Source: Octopus vulgaris (Eukaryota). From it: a stretch of DNA of 64,000 bases. The stretch spans positions 59,334,001 through 59,398,000 of the forward strand of contig OX597822.1 of assembly GCA_951406725.2 (NCBI GenBank), given 5' to 3'. A program made the translations under genes and the position numbers. Shown here one piece after another: positions 52,298 through 64,000 of this stretch. Under the pieces are notes generated by a model, which saw nothing but the letters and a program-made list of their open reading frames with translations, had not been told where the DNA came from and did no database searches. The stretch's first letter is position 1. Each line of letters begins with the position of its first letter.

Positions 52298-53340
52298 TTA
52301 CGAAGTCCATCCATCCATTTTTGCCGCCCACAATTCCATGTGAAGTCGTGCGGGTAGAGCTCTCAGGCATCTCCTCCGTAGTGTTCTGTCAGAAGCAACC
52401 GTCATTAGACTTTCTTGCCGGTTTCTCAAGTGTAACCAGCTGAGACAATGGATATTATCTAACAACAGTCTCATTCTTGGTTTGCCTCTAGGCCTTCTAC
52501 CGGTTGGCTCAGCTTGAAGAGTTTGTGCTACGATCATTTTCTGCGGCATTCTAACTACATGTTCGCTGTACCGGATCTGTGGAAACTCCTTAATTTCTGA
52601 GTAACGTTTATCCAGAGATCCTTCGGAGGAATCCCATTTCGGCCACAATCGCGAGATAGGGAGTTAGAATCCCGGCCTGGGCTGTGTTGTGTGCTTGAGC
52701 ACGACACTTTATTTCACGTTGCTCCAGTTCACTGCGCTGTAGAAATGAGCAGTGATGTCACTGGTACCAAGCTGTATCGGCCTTTGCTTTTCCCTTGGAT
52801 AACATCAGTGACGTGGAGAGGGGAGGCTGGTATGCATGGGCGACTGCTGGTCTTCCATAAATAATCTTGCTCGGACTTGTATTTCGGAGGGGAACTTTTT
52901 GGTGCAATCCCATGGTCATTCATGATCGAAGGGGGTCTTTACTCTTTCGGTCATTATCAACATTCATGATCATAGGTTAGGATAGGCATGAAGACTGAAA
53001 TAAAGATAGCAATTTTGGCTTTCTTACAAACCTCTTCTCTTTTGAGGAGCGAATAATGAAGCTGGTGCATTACTGTGTCAGCATCTGCTATTCTAGTATC
53101 CATTTAAGTTTCCTCCCATTATTTACTCACGGATACAGTCCCAAGATACTTAAATTTCTTAACTTGCCTCAATGATATTTGACTAACAGGCAGAGTGCAC
53201 TGGGAAGATATTCTTGAGAGGACCAATGTTTCAGTATTCGCAACAATTATTCTCATCCCTACTTTGCGGTACTCGGCAGTGAACCTTGATACGAGAACAG
53301 GGGCTGAAGTCACAGGGGCAATTAAGGTGCTAAAATTTAG
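52298..53340 (-). mobile_element. RTE-clade LINE, 3' portion
   Basis: RFTAEYRKVGMRI...LRQVKKFKYLG and HVVRMPQ...PTGRRPRGKPRMR; short GGAT repeat tail. Confidence 0.85.
52640..52947 (+). mobile_element. SINE (family E) inserted into the RTE
   Basis: B-box-like GAGTTAGAATCCC, TGAGCACGACACTTTATTTCACGTTGCTCCAGTTCAC body, ending GGGGGTCTTTACTCTTT; interrupts RTE coding sequence. Confidence 0.7.
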
Positions 53341-53369
53341 TAAGGCTACTGGGGAGAATGGGGGTACTG

Positions 53370-54018
53370 CTGACCGAATTGGTCAGTAATATTAAAGCCT
53401 TAACTAGAGAAGGTAGAATCTTGTTGACTCGAAAATGCCAGTTAGCTTGGACCTCTGAAAAAACACCAAATCAATGGAAATTCAAAGTGACAGTTCCAAT
53501 TTTAAAAAAAGAGAGACGGGAGAGAGTGCTGACTACAGAGGAAACTCTTTCTTGAGCCTCCTTGGTAAAGTCTATCCTAGAAAAGGGATGTAGGGAAATT
53601 ATTGAGTCCAAGTTAGCTGAAGAACAGTGTGGCTTCTGTCTTGGATGCAGAACAACCGACCAAATATTCATTGTACGGCAGGTCTTCGAGAAATTGTGGA
53701 ATATTGGAATATTGCTTCGTAGGCCTCGAAAACGCATATAACCGATTACTGCGGAACATGCAGAGGAAGATTTTGTAGAAGTTAGAGATTATTGAGTAAC
53801 TTATGGTTGTCCCGAAATCCATTCACAGATGCCTACATGCTTATACTCAGGTAAACGGTGCTAAGCCCAAACCTTTCTACGTGTGTATTGAACTTCAACA
53901 AGGGTGTGTATTGTCACCTCTCCCTTTCATAACATTTATGAACTTAATTGAAAAGCGCAGGTGTTGTGGAAGTGGTTTCAGAATGGGTGGATGTAGGATC
54001 GGTCGGATGATATTTACA
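53370..54018 (+). mobile_element. RTE-clade LINE RT segment, inverted relative to 52298-53340
   Basis: PNQWKFKVTVPILKK, EEQCGFCLGCRTTDQIFIVRQVFEK, LQQGCVLSPLPF and RIGRMIF. Confidence 0.85.
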
Positions 54019-54086
54019 TATTACACACACACACACAAACGTGCACACGCACACGCATATACACATACGTGTGTCTATCTAGATAC

Positions 54087-54117
<31 letters not shown>

Positions 54118-54391
54118 TATAGATATGTGTATGTATATAAGTATATATATATATATATATATATAGCAGCAGCAACAGGTAAATGTTTTTTAATTTTCTC
54201 CTGATTTACGGAATTACTACTATTTTGCGGTTGAAGCCTTGGCTGTTATTTCTAGTGGGTTGAACGGCCTATTATGGCCGTTCCTTAATTTTCTGTTGAA
54301 TTTATAAATAGTCTCTGACTATTTCCTTTTTTCTCACTAGACCGCTGGTAGCAAAATAATTTCTGCTGAATTTTTTGCTACCCTATATTGA

Positions 54392-54423
<32 letters not shown>

Positions 54424-54429
<6 letters not shown>

Positions 54430-54830
54430 GTAAAAAATAAATACAGACATGGACAAGAACATGAAACACCAAAGAGACGACACAAGAACCACAGGACGGG
54501 ACATTCGAAGCCCTCAGTCATCAGTCAAGAACCAGATCATCTTAGCAATTTCGGCTGATTAATCTTGAGATTGCTCCGATCTGGGCAGCCCCAAAGGAAA
54601 ATCTAAGCCAAGCGCATTAGATCCCTTGGAAGAAAGCTTCGAATGTATACAACACGAGGACGGAAAACGAACGAAGTACACGAACAAAAATACAGAATAC
54701 GTGACACCAATAGGGAAAGCACGAATAAGAATACAAAAACGTAAAAACAATAACGGTAAAGATAAAAAACAAAACAAAACCAGGACGTAGGACAAGGGTC
54801 TTTCGACAGGACGAGTTGAGTTGGGGCTGG
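54424..54830 (-). mobile_element. Probable Penelope-like terminal repeat
   Basis: T-rich minus strand carrying CTGATGA and CGAAA boxes; internal inverted repeat ACATTCGAAGC/GCTTCGAATGT. Confidence 0.4.
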
Positions 54831-55185
54831 CTTATGAAGTAGTGCCTAATGGCCGCAGGGAGACGAACAAATACGTGTTGCTTCGACGACTGCTGGAACG
54901 AAAAGGGGGCCCAGCAGTGGCTAGCGGTCACGTGAGAACAAAAGACAGGAGAAAGAGACAGATGAAGAGAGAGAGAAGGTGGACGAGGGAGGAGAAGAAA
55001 GAGACAGATCGAGGGGACTGGAGGTGAGAGAGATAGAGAAACGTAGAAGGTGGGGGGACGGATGGAGAGGGAAAGAAAGGAAGGGGAATAAGGGGGAGAG
55101 AGAGAGAGAGAGAGAGAGAAAGAGACAGATCAAGAGTCGTATCAATGCTAGAGAAAAAATATACTTATCGTATAAGGACAATTGT

Positions 55186-55225
<40 letters not shown>

Positions 55226-55234
55226 GAATAATAG

Positions 55235-55354
<120 letters not shown>

Positions 55355-55653
55355 TGCCTAAATACACACACACATTTATTCGTTTGTAATTATGATTGTT
55401 GAAATATGTACTGATTTATTTGTGGATCGATATATTGCATGGATATTGACATAAGGATAAATCAGGCCCAGATCTATTCAATTACCACACACTACACACC
55501 AAATCACATTTATTAAAAATCCATGTATTTCCACTGCGTAGAATGTGAAGCAAAGATAATGGAAGTGTAGCATATATGTAAGATGAGCGAAATAAATTAA
55601 CACAGAAAAATATGATTCATGGAAATGTCATTCTTATCTTCTGGTATGAATCA

Positions 55654-56173
55654 CCGTAAATCCTCGAGTATAATCTACATTTTTTCCTAAAATTTAAAGG
55701 TCAAAATCCCTAGTGCGTACTATATACGAGGTTAAAAATGAAAATTATTTTCAAAGCAATGTCCGAGTCCCTATTTGCTGTCCGGCAATATTTATTCAGA
55801 CGCATTTTGTGATATCGGGCGCGAAAATACCTTAAGCTAAGCCTGAAATCAATGAAGTCATAAAAGAATCATCTATAACTTGCAGTAAGCAACATTTATT
55901 AAACGATATTACTGTTATTACTGTTATTTTTTTATTTTCTGCAAACAAAATGCACAAAAAAGCTACACGTTTGCATTATGTTATATATACAATAATAATA
56001 AAGGACGTTACCGTATATATTTTTACAAACAAAGGACGTTATATATACCTCCTTGACTCAAGTTAGAGAAGGGTTGCGTATTATACACAAGGTTTAGGTT
56101 TTTCAGAGGTACAGTCCCCTAAAAATCCCCTGCGCATTATACTCAAGGGCGGAATATACTCAAGGATTTACGG
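55654..56173. mobile_element. pogo/Tc2-type MITE
   Basis: TIR CCGTAAATCCT(C/T)GAGTATA at both ends; several subterminal GCG..TTATAC.C.AGG repeats. Confidence 0.85.
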
Positions 56174-56759
56174 CACGAGAAGTATGAATTAGAATAAACA
56201 AAATGGTATGATCACTAATCTGACTAATACTATATATTTTATAAGCTTCAAAATTTGTCAAATGTGATTTCTAGAGTGTTGGGTGAACAGAAACTTTAAA
56301 GGAGTGTGAAATAATTGATATTAGAATAACAGGAGCAATTAGAAGTGGGATAAGAAAAAAAAGGATGAATAACTATATGACTCAAATAGACTAGATTAAT
56401 GTTGAACTAAATGAGATGTAGATAGTAACCACTTCGAATGTCCTCTCGTGTATACATGAGGGTGACAAATGTAAGTTTAGGTAAAACACTTCATTAGATG
56501 CTATTGGTTGTCAAACTGGATCTGTTGGGGTAATAACTCTTCCTCTATACGAAATGCTACTCAGCATAGTCTCTAATTCAAGAGATGCCTTTGCACTATC
56601 GTTGAACCCAATTCTACAATCCTCTTTGAAAAAACTTCGGGCGTGCACTGTTGTGCTTACTTCTTCATGGCTACTTTCACTTTGCCTGTGTCTTCAAGTC
56701 GTTGAAGACTGTCCTCAGAATGTGCCAGACACGGACTGCATGTCGGTTGAGGTATCTCT

Positions 56760-57200
56760 GACTAGCCTAATCCGCTGATTGACTAGTTTGTTTCTCAAAC
56801 TAGATGTGTTGTCACACATTGTCATGGTGAATGGGCAGTGTTTTCAGATTCTTGTTCAGTATCTTCCACCTAATATTTTCTCTAACATTTCTGAGTATCT
56901 CCATGTACCACACGCTGTTTACTGTTCAGCCATGTTCTAGAAAATCAAGAAAAATGAACCCCTTCTCACTCCACAAAGCAATCACCATGATTTCTGTGCT
57001 ATCACTCGCTCTTGAGTTTCTTAGGTCTTATAGAAAAAGTGTGACGCCACTTCATGGATTGAGACTTTATTTTCGGATCTTAGAGATACGGCCATGTTTC
57101 TCTCTCTATCGTTACCAGATAGAAAAATCCTTTATTAGTTTCAAATGATTCCTACAAATCAGGACAGGCTTCCATAATTCTTCAAATTGAGTGTCAGCTA
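56760..57200 (-). mobile_element. Mariner transposase relic
   Basis: Minus strand ETWPYL*DP..KSQSMKWRH, IMVIALWSEKGFIFLDFLEHG and IHHDN. Confidence 0.75.
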
Positions 57201-57429
57201 CTATGTTGAGTTCTATGTATAAATCAAGAGCAGTCATTTGAAGATGGGGGAGATGACAGCTTCTATATTTACTGAAAAACACTCAGACCTCTTCTTCTTT
57301 ATATGGCATGCCTTTTTGAAAAGACGAAGAGCTTGATTAAGCAGATGCGCTGGACTGATAACATGTTTGAGAATTCAATAACCGCAACATCTGCAGTTAT
57401 ATAAGGATTTGGATTATTGAACTACACAT

Positions 57430-58440
57430 CCGCCCCCTCAGTTATAGAACCTGGAAAACTTTGTAGAAGATTTGAATAAACTATTTAAGAGGTCACATTT
57501 TACTATTACTGCAAAACTTTACTGAACAATTTGAACAATTACAAGATACCTTCCAAAAAACCCCTAAACATACACATTATTGTTGATAATGGAAAAGGCA
57601 CTGCTATATAAAAGAGGCTTCTATATAACACAACCAATACAGACAGGAAATCTAATGTCGCTACATACAACTACATTAACACTAAAAGGAAGGAACTATC
57701 TCTCATTTTAAGGATAAAACCACAGAGATACCTTGTCATATATCACCATTAAGGACCACAAATCTAATTTTCTTTTCAGCTCCAAGTGAAGGATGACTAA
57801 TCTTTTGAAACTCGAGGTAAGTATAGTGTGTGTATCTTTGACGGTGTCAATTCTGATATCAGACGTACCATTGGATTAATCTAAAGGAACTGTAGCACCG
57901 CCTTTGGGAATTTGCTCCGCTCTGTTGATAACAATTTGTAGTTTTAAACAGCTTGATAACATGGATTTCTATTTTTTCATATCGAATTTTTCGGTATTTC
58001 ATATAGAAATTCGTCATATCGAAAGTCCTGAACTCTGGGAAGCAATTTTCTAGAATGAAAAACTTTGATATTAGAATAGTAACGAACACTAGAATTAGTA
58101 AATAAAGATATCTTAGACAGAGGTGTACCTTCATATAACGTGGAGTTAATACGGGACAGCTTTAATGAGAACTTGGTGTGCATGAAGGGTCTCACAGTCG
58201 AAGAGTGTTAAAAAACAGGAAAATGATCTGGTTTAATCCTTCTTTCAATATAAGTGTAACATAACTAACTACTCCTAAAAAGAAAAACTCCTTAAAAAAA
58301 AACTGTACTTTCATAGTGTTGTCATTAATGCATACGATAGCTAATTTTGCGCCATTAGCTACTCCATAACTTTACAGAAAATTTTAATTTCACTGGAATT
58401 TCTAATAAGAAGAAAAGACCACCCTGTCATTTTAACACTT
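57430..58440. mobile_element. Penelope-like RT relics (mixed orientation)
   Basis: Plus strand TIKDHKSNF near 57750 and RKMIWFNPSF near 58220; minus strand RTFDMTNFY and YQQ..IPKGG between them. Confidence 0.5.
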
Positions 58441-58611
58441 CACTGTTGCTAAACTACTGGTTTCAACAATGCGATTGAATCTTATGTATCCATTTACAAT
58501 AAGCTATGTTTAAAAATTTTGACCACCTCATTGCTCAAACATGCCTTTAACACCAGTCAAGCAATTAGAAATGATTACCTAAATCAAAATGTCAACACAT
58601 GCACACGCACG

Positions 58612-58678
<67 letters not shown>

Positions 58679-59042
58679 TGGATAAGCAAATTGAGGATTA
58701 AAGGCTGTGTGTGTGTGTGTGTCTGTGCGTGTGTGCATGCATGTTTATAATATGTGAGAATATGTTTGTGTGTGATTGTACGTACGTATGTATGTATGTA
58801 TGCATGTATGTATGTATGTATGTATGTATGTATGTCTGTGCGTATGTCTGTGAATTGATAACCTGGTGCATTCAAATAGAATTATCGTGTGTTATTTATT
58901 TCACCTGGGTTACACAAGCATTCGTTGTTGGTCGTATCATCGAAAATACAGTGAATCAGTGATTGGTCTGCTGGAAACCTGAAACCAGCTGCGCCATTGT
59001 AGTAAAATTATATTGATTTATATTATATTATATTATATACAC

Positions 59043-59995
59043 CAGGTTCAGTCAAAAGTTTTTCGGATATTCACTGTTGATTTTTGATAACTTGTATCTC
59101 AATGTTATATCATTAATTTGATATAATTTGTTCAATTGTTGCTGAGTTGTTTATTCTTTATTTTCATTAATAACATATAAACATTAATTGTTTATTCTTT
59201 ATTTTAAAGTGTTGATAATGAATGATGAAGAAATTTCAATTAGAGCCATTTTACGTTACCCGATGAAAAAGGAGTGAGTACAATGTCAGCGGCAAAAGAA
59301 ATTCATGATGTTGAAAGCCTAGGAACTGTCAACGAACGTGTGGCCAAAACTGGTTCAGATGTTTCAAGGAAGGTGACACCAGCCTCGATGACAAACCAGG
59401 GTCAATGGAACCGTCTGTGGTGGTAGATGAGGCTTTGCTTGAAATAGTTGAACAACAGCCAAGCACAAGAACTCATACATTGTCGGCAGAACTTGGTCCT
59501 CCACAAGACACAATCAGTCAATACATTCATAAGCTAGGCCTTGTGAATAGACGTTGTCGAGAAGTTTTTCATGAACTGAACAATGACCATGCTCAACGAC
59601 GTGTGAACATTTGCGAACAACTGCTGGTAAATCCTCGAGACGCCTGTTACTGGCAACGAATTGCAAGTGGGGATGAACAATGGATTGTTTCGGCCAGGTT
59701 TCAGAACCTATTGTCAAATAAGGGCTATATACCAGACAGAAGGTCATGTTGTGTGTTTGGTGGAATTTCGAGGGGTCGTTGCACTCTGAGCTTGTCATAC
59801 TGTGAAATCTAACCTTTATGCTCAACAACTACAGCGAGTATATGATACTTAGAAAGCTTGCTAACCGACAATGGCCGATCAAAGATGCGTACTTCTACAG
59901 CATGACAATGTTCCAGCATACACTGCCAATGTGACCAAGCACAAACTTGAGGGGCTGCTTACTGCTTACTGTCCAGACCTTGCAACATCTCCGAC
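59043..59995 (+). mobile_element. Mariner transposon relic
   Basis: WFRCFKEGDTSLDDKP, REVFHEL, IASGDEQWI, LLQHDNVPAY and YCPDLATS. Confidence 0.85.
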
Positions 59996-60009
59996 CAATC
60001 ACATACAGC

Positions 60010-60263
60010 TAGCTGGCATTCAATTGGCGTATCAAGTTTCAGGCATTTTGATTGGGTTTTGGATAGAAAATTCACAAAAAAGTCACTTCTATTGATTTTT
60101 TAATAGCTTTGTGGGGTGACTGAGGAAATGTAAAGATGTGCACGACCACCCTTGGATAGTTTTGAATGACCATAGAAAGTGTGAGCCCTCTAACTGAAAA
60201 ATTGTGGATTTGTATAAAGGACACACACACACGCAGACATTTTGCCGTTTATATATATAGAGA
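60010..60263 (-). mobile_element. Helitron-like 5' end fragment
   Basis: Minus strand A|TCTCTATATATATAAACGGCAAAATGTCTGCGTGTGTGTG; lies where the mariner relic stops. Confidence 0.55.
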
Positions 60264-60468
60264 TTTAAATAAATCCATTATCATATTTCCATAAATCACT
60301 CAAATATACTGAAATTAGGAAAAAAAAAATTTTCAAGTGCACTAACGTTTAAAATTAGCAGATAATGTCACATGATCTGACCAAAACAAGTCTAACATAT
60401 CTAACTTATTTTATTGTTCGACAAATTAAATATCTTAATATGGAATCTCTGAATCTATCTATCTATCA

Positions 60469-60519
<51 letters not shown>

Positions 60520-60542
60520 CGTCTGTCTGTCTATCTATCTAT

Positions 60543-60617
<75 letters not shown>

Positions 60618-61139
60618 TTGTCATCCTCCTCCTTGATCTCGGAGTTATTTGGTTTAGGTTGCAGGATGCCAAGTTTTGCTTTGTTAGTTTGTGTTCCTAC
60701 AGTCTAAACCACTCCCAGCGCGTGTTAAGACATGTCCTGTTCAACTAACGTCACAAGATTCGAACTGTCAAACCATGCCGCTACTCTAGCGATACTCTAG
60801 CGACATCAGAGAATGTCATAGAACACTTGATGTGACATTTTGACGGATAGAGCGAATAGGATGGGTGGACGATGTTGATGATGGGTCACAGAGTGGAAAG
60901 AAAGGATTAAGTTGAAGGAGAAACAAAAAATGTCACATTATCATAATTTTCTTTGGACAGCCTTTCAATACTAATTGCTATTCAAAATGAATGACACAGA
61001 GACAAACATTAAAAAAAAAGAAAGGATGAAAGAAAGAAAGAAAGCAAGAAAGAAAGAAGGAAAGAAAACAAACGAGATCAAACTGTTCTATACGGACAAA
61101 GAATTATTTTTATTTCGGCAGATTTACTACAAAATGCAT

Positions 61140-61655
61140 TGGAAAAAATGCTTTGTGATTTTTGTTCCACATCTTTAGGTTCTGGGTTCAGATCCCACCG
61201 AGATCAACTTGACCCTTCATTCCCCCGAGTTCGATAAAATAAATTTACAGTTATGTATTGCGTTTTAATAGTTAATCATATTTTCTAGCTTTGTGCTTAA
61301 ATTACAAACAATTATTATAAGGCGGTAGATTAGCAGAAACGTTACAGTCGGACAAAATACCTTGTGGTATTTGTTCTCGTTACATTTCGAATCTAAATCC
61401 TATCGTAGTCAACTTTGCCGTTCATGCTACACCCATTAAGAGATCGATATAATAAATCAAATACTGGAATCGATTTAATCGAATAACTCCGCGCCTCAAA
61501 TTGCTAGTCGTGTGCCTAAATTTAATAAATCAAAAATTATATGGGCAAGGGGATTGGCGAAATAGGTAAAGCATCGAATGAAATGACAGGTGAGATTTAT
61601 TCCGGTTCTTTTCATTCGGAGTTCAGATCCCGCCGAGGCTACCTTTACTTTGCAG
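61140..61655 (+). mobile_element. Three highly diverged SINE family A copies
   Basis: Repeated GGTTCAGATCCC.CCGAG / AAGGCGGTAGATTAGCAGAAACG heads with body remnants. Confidence 0.55.
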
Positions 61656-61986
61656 CACCAGATTACATGTAGCACCAGAGAAGTAGAAATTACTATTACA
61701 AAAGCGGTGGAATTGTATACTATCACTATAGTAAGTTGCAGTAACATTGCCCAGTTTGGCAAAGTTTAACCTTAGTGTAACTCTGTACGTATACCCATGA
61801 TTCCGTGTTCTCGCTATGCATTTCTGTGGCAGACGTCGTTAATTTGTCCCGGTAGCGCGTTTCTTTTGCATCACTTTCTTATACATGAACCAATAGGAAG
61901 ATATCATATCTTTCTTGGCCTTGCATTTAGTTTTCCATGTGGCTAACACCTATTAAGTTTTCCCGCACGTATGCATTTCATCGTTT

Positions 61987-62053
<67 letters not shown>

Positions 62054-62256
62054 GATGGTCTGTCTGTCTGTCTGTCTGTCTGTCTGTTATCAGTGACATA
62101 TACATTACGTATACTCACCGTGTATTTCCCGTTAGGCTGCGAAAACACCGGGTGATTTTAAAACACCCGAAAGTCATGGACAGGCGAGGTAATTCACCTC
62201 TAATCACACCAAGGAATGATGGACATCGATGTTTCATCATTTTTTGCCACATTTGA

Positions 62257-62297
<41 letters not shown>

Positions 62298-62312
62298 CGT
62301 GTGTGTATGTGT

Positions 62313-62381
<69 letters not shown>

Positions 62382-62714
62382 CATACATAAGAATTTCGCT
62401 CATTTTTCAACAGTTCTGCAAGCACGGCACATTAGTTTTATAACCCGTTAACGTTTATATTGCAGATATGTACCCGCTCAAAATTTCATTACCCTTTACT
62501 GCGGAGAGCAGGTTTTATATACCAAACAATCTTTTGTTTAAGAATGTCATGTTTTTGAAACTATTTTCTTTAGAGATATTTCAAACTTATTGAGGCAATG
62601 TGACTTACAGAAAATACCAATTGTATTTTTTGGTAGATATTTTTCAGCATTACTGGAATAACCAGGAAATTTAGTATTCCGCAGCGAAAAGCTTTACTGA
62701 AAATAGCACCATTA

Positions 62715-64000
62715 TTAGGTCGTCAAGTATGAAATTTGTAGTAAAATATATGGTAAACTTTGATAGCTGCTCATTATGTTCCGTTATTATATTTGACAAT
62801 CTCTATTTCTTGTTAGAAAGCTGACACATCTATTTCTTTATTCTAACTTGTTTTGCACTTTATAAAGTATTTATAAATCGTTTTTTGCTATTTTTGTTTA
62901 GAGATGGATAAGTCGGATATTCGTTCAGTTTTGAAATAGGAGTTCTTTCATGGAAATACAGCATCAGAAACAGCTCGGAATATTAATGGAGTAGTTCATT
63001 CTAATGTTATTACGTAACAGACAGTATGAAATTGGTTTGCAAAATTTCCTTCTAGTAACTTTGATATTACAAATGAGCAACGCGGTCGACCAGAAAAAAG
63101 GTAGATAATGACGAAATGAAAGCCACCGTTGAATCAGATCCATCTCAAAGTGCCAGTGAACTATCGTTGCTGTTTGGTGTTAGCAAGCAAACAATACTGA
63201 CTCACCTAGTTCAAATCGGTAAAGTAAAAAAGTTGGATAAATGGGTTTCACATGAACTCAATAAAAATCAGAAACAGCAACGTTTGGAAGCCTGTATTAT
63301 GCTACTTTCTCGTCACAAAAATGAATAATTTTTTAACCGAATTGTAACATGTGATGATAAATGGATCCAATACAACAACCATAAACGTTCAGCACAATGG
63401 TTGGGCAAAGACAAGCCACGAAAACACAGTCCAAAGAGTAAAATTCATCAAAAGAAGCTGATGGTATGTGTTTGGTGGTTTGGCGCAGGTGTGATCCATC
63501 ATGATTTCATTAAACCTGGCTCATCAACCACGGCCGGAGTTTATTGCAGTCAACATGACCAAATGAAGCAGAAACTTAAAAAAAAAAAAAGAAAGAAAAA
63601 AGAACAGCCTAGATAAATTCAACAGATCCACTCCTATTTTATTGCAAGACAATGTCAGATCACGCATCACAAAAATGACATTGACGAAACTACAGGAGAT
63701 GGAGTTGGGAGTTCTCCATCATCCACCATCCTCACCTAATCTTGTCTCCACTGACTACCGCTTCTTCCAGAATTTGGATAACTTTTTGATAGGAAAAAAA
63801 ATTAATTCCGACGATGTTGTAAAAAAGGTCTTCCAAGGACTCTAGATTGCCAGGCTTTTACAGTTCTCTGCTGGACAAACTACCACTGAAATAGCAAAAG
63901 TGTATTGACAATATGGGTGCATACTTTGATGAATAAAACTGTTCATTGTATTTATAAAACATAAGTAAACTTTTTTTCTTTTCTACAAATTTTATATTTG
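62715..64000 (+). mobile_element. Near full-length mariner transposon relic; right TIR cut by the window edge
   Basis: Left end TA|TTAGGTCGTCAAGTATGAAATTTGTAG and a matching inverted sequence at the window end; MDKSDIR start at 62904, KWVSHEL, VTCDDKWIQY, QDNVR, HHPPSSPNL. Many stops. Confidence 0.88.

Noticed and set aside
62105-62250. Minus-strand splice donor CG|GTGAGT with upstream complex sequence
   Set aside because: No convincing acceptor or recognisable peptide; a single donor-like site is expected by chance.

Overview
AT-rich, repeat-saturated eukaryotic genomic DNA. The tRNA-derived SINE families and the very dense (TA)n/(CA)n/(TATG)n/(ATT)n microsatellites look like those of a coleoid cephalopod, most likely Octopus (inference from recognised repeats, not from a search). 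I found no host protein-coding exon I can support, and most ORFs in the track are translated microsatellites. The window holds decayed transposable elements: four mariner relics and a mariner MITE; hAT-, Merlin-, Sola- and pogo-type MITEs with terminal inverted repeats (TIRs), most with target-site duplications (TSDs); Helitron-like elements, one enclosing a pogo transposase; two R4/Dong-type LINEs; an L1/Tx1 3' end; a 5'-inverted RTE; Gypsy remnants; Penelope-like fragments with a minimal hammerhead ribozyme; and many SINEs. Best leads: a same-strand cluster of ORF1-only (HAL1-like) L1/Tx1 derivatives at about 13.8-21.7 kb, a 129-bp-arm hairpin whose mismatches are biased to G-U on one strand (1146-1585), a twin-priming-like RTE inversion, a hammerhead motif, and a spacer-less palindrome inside a Merlin-like element.
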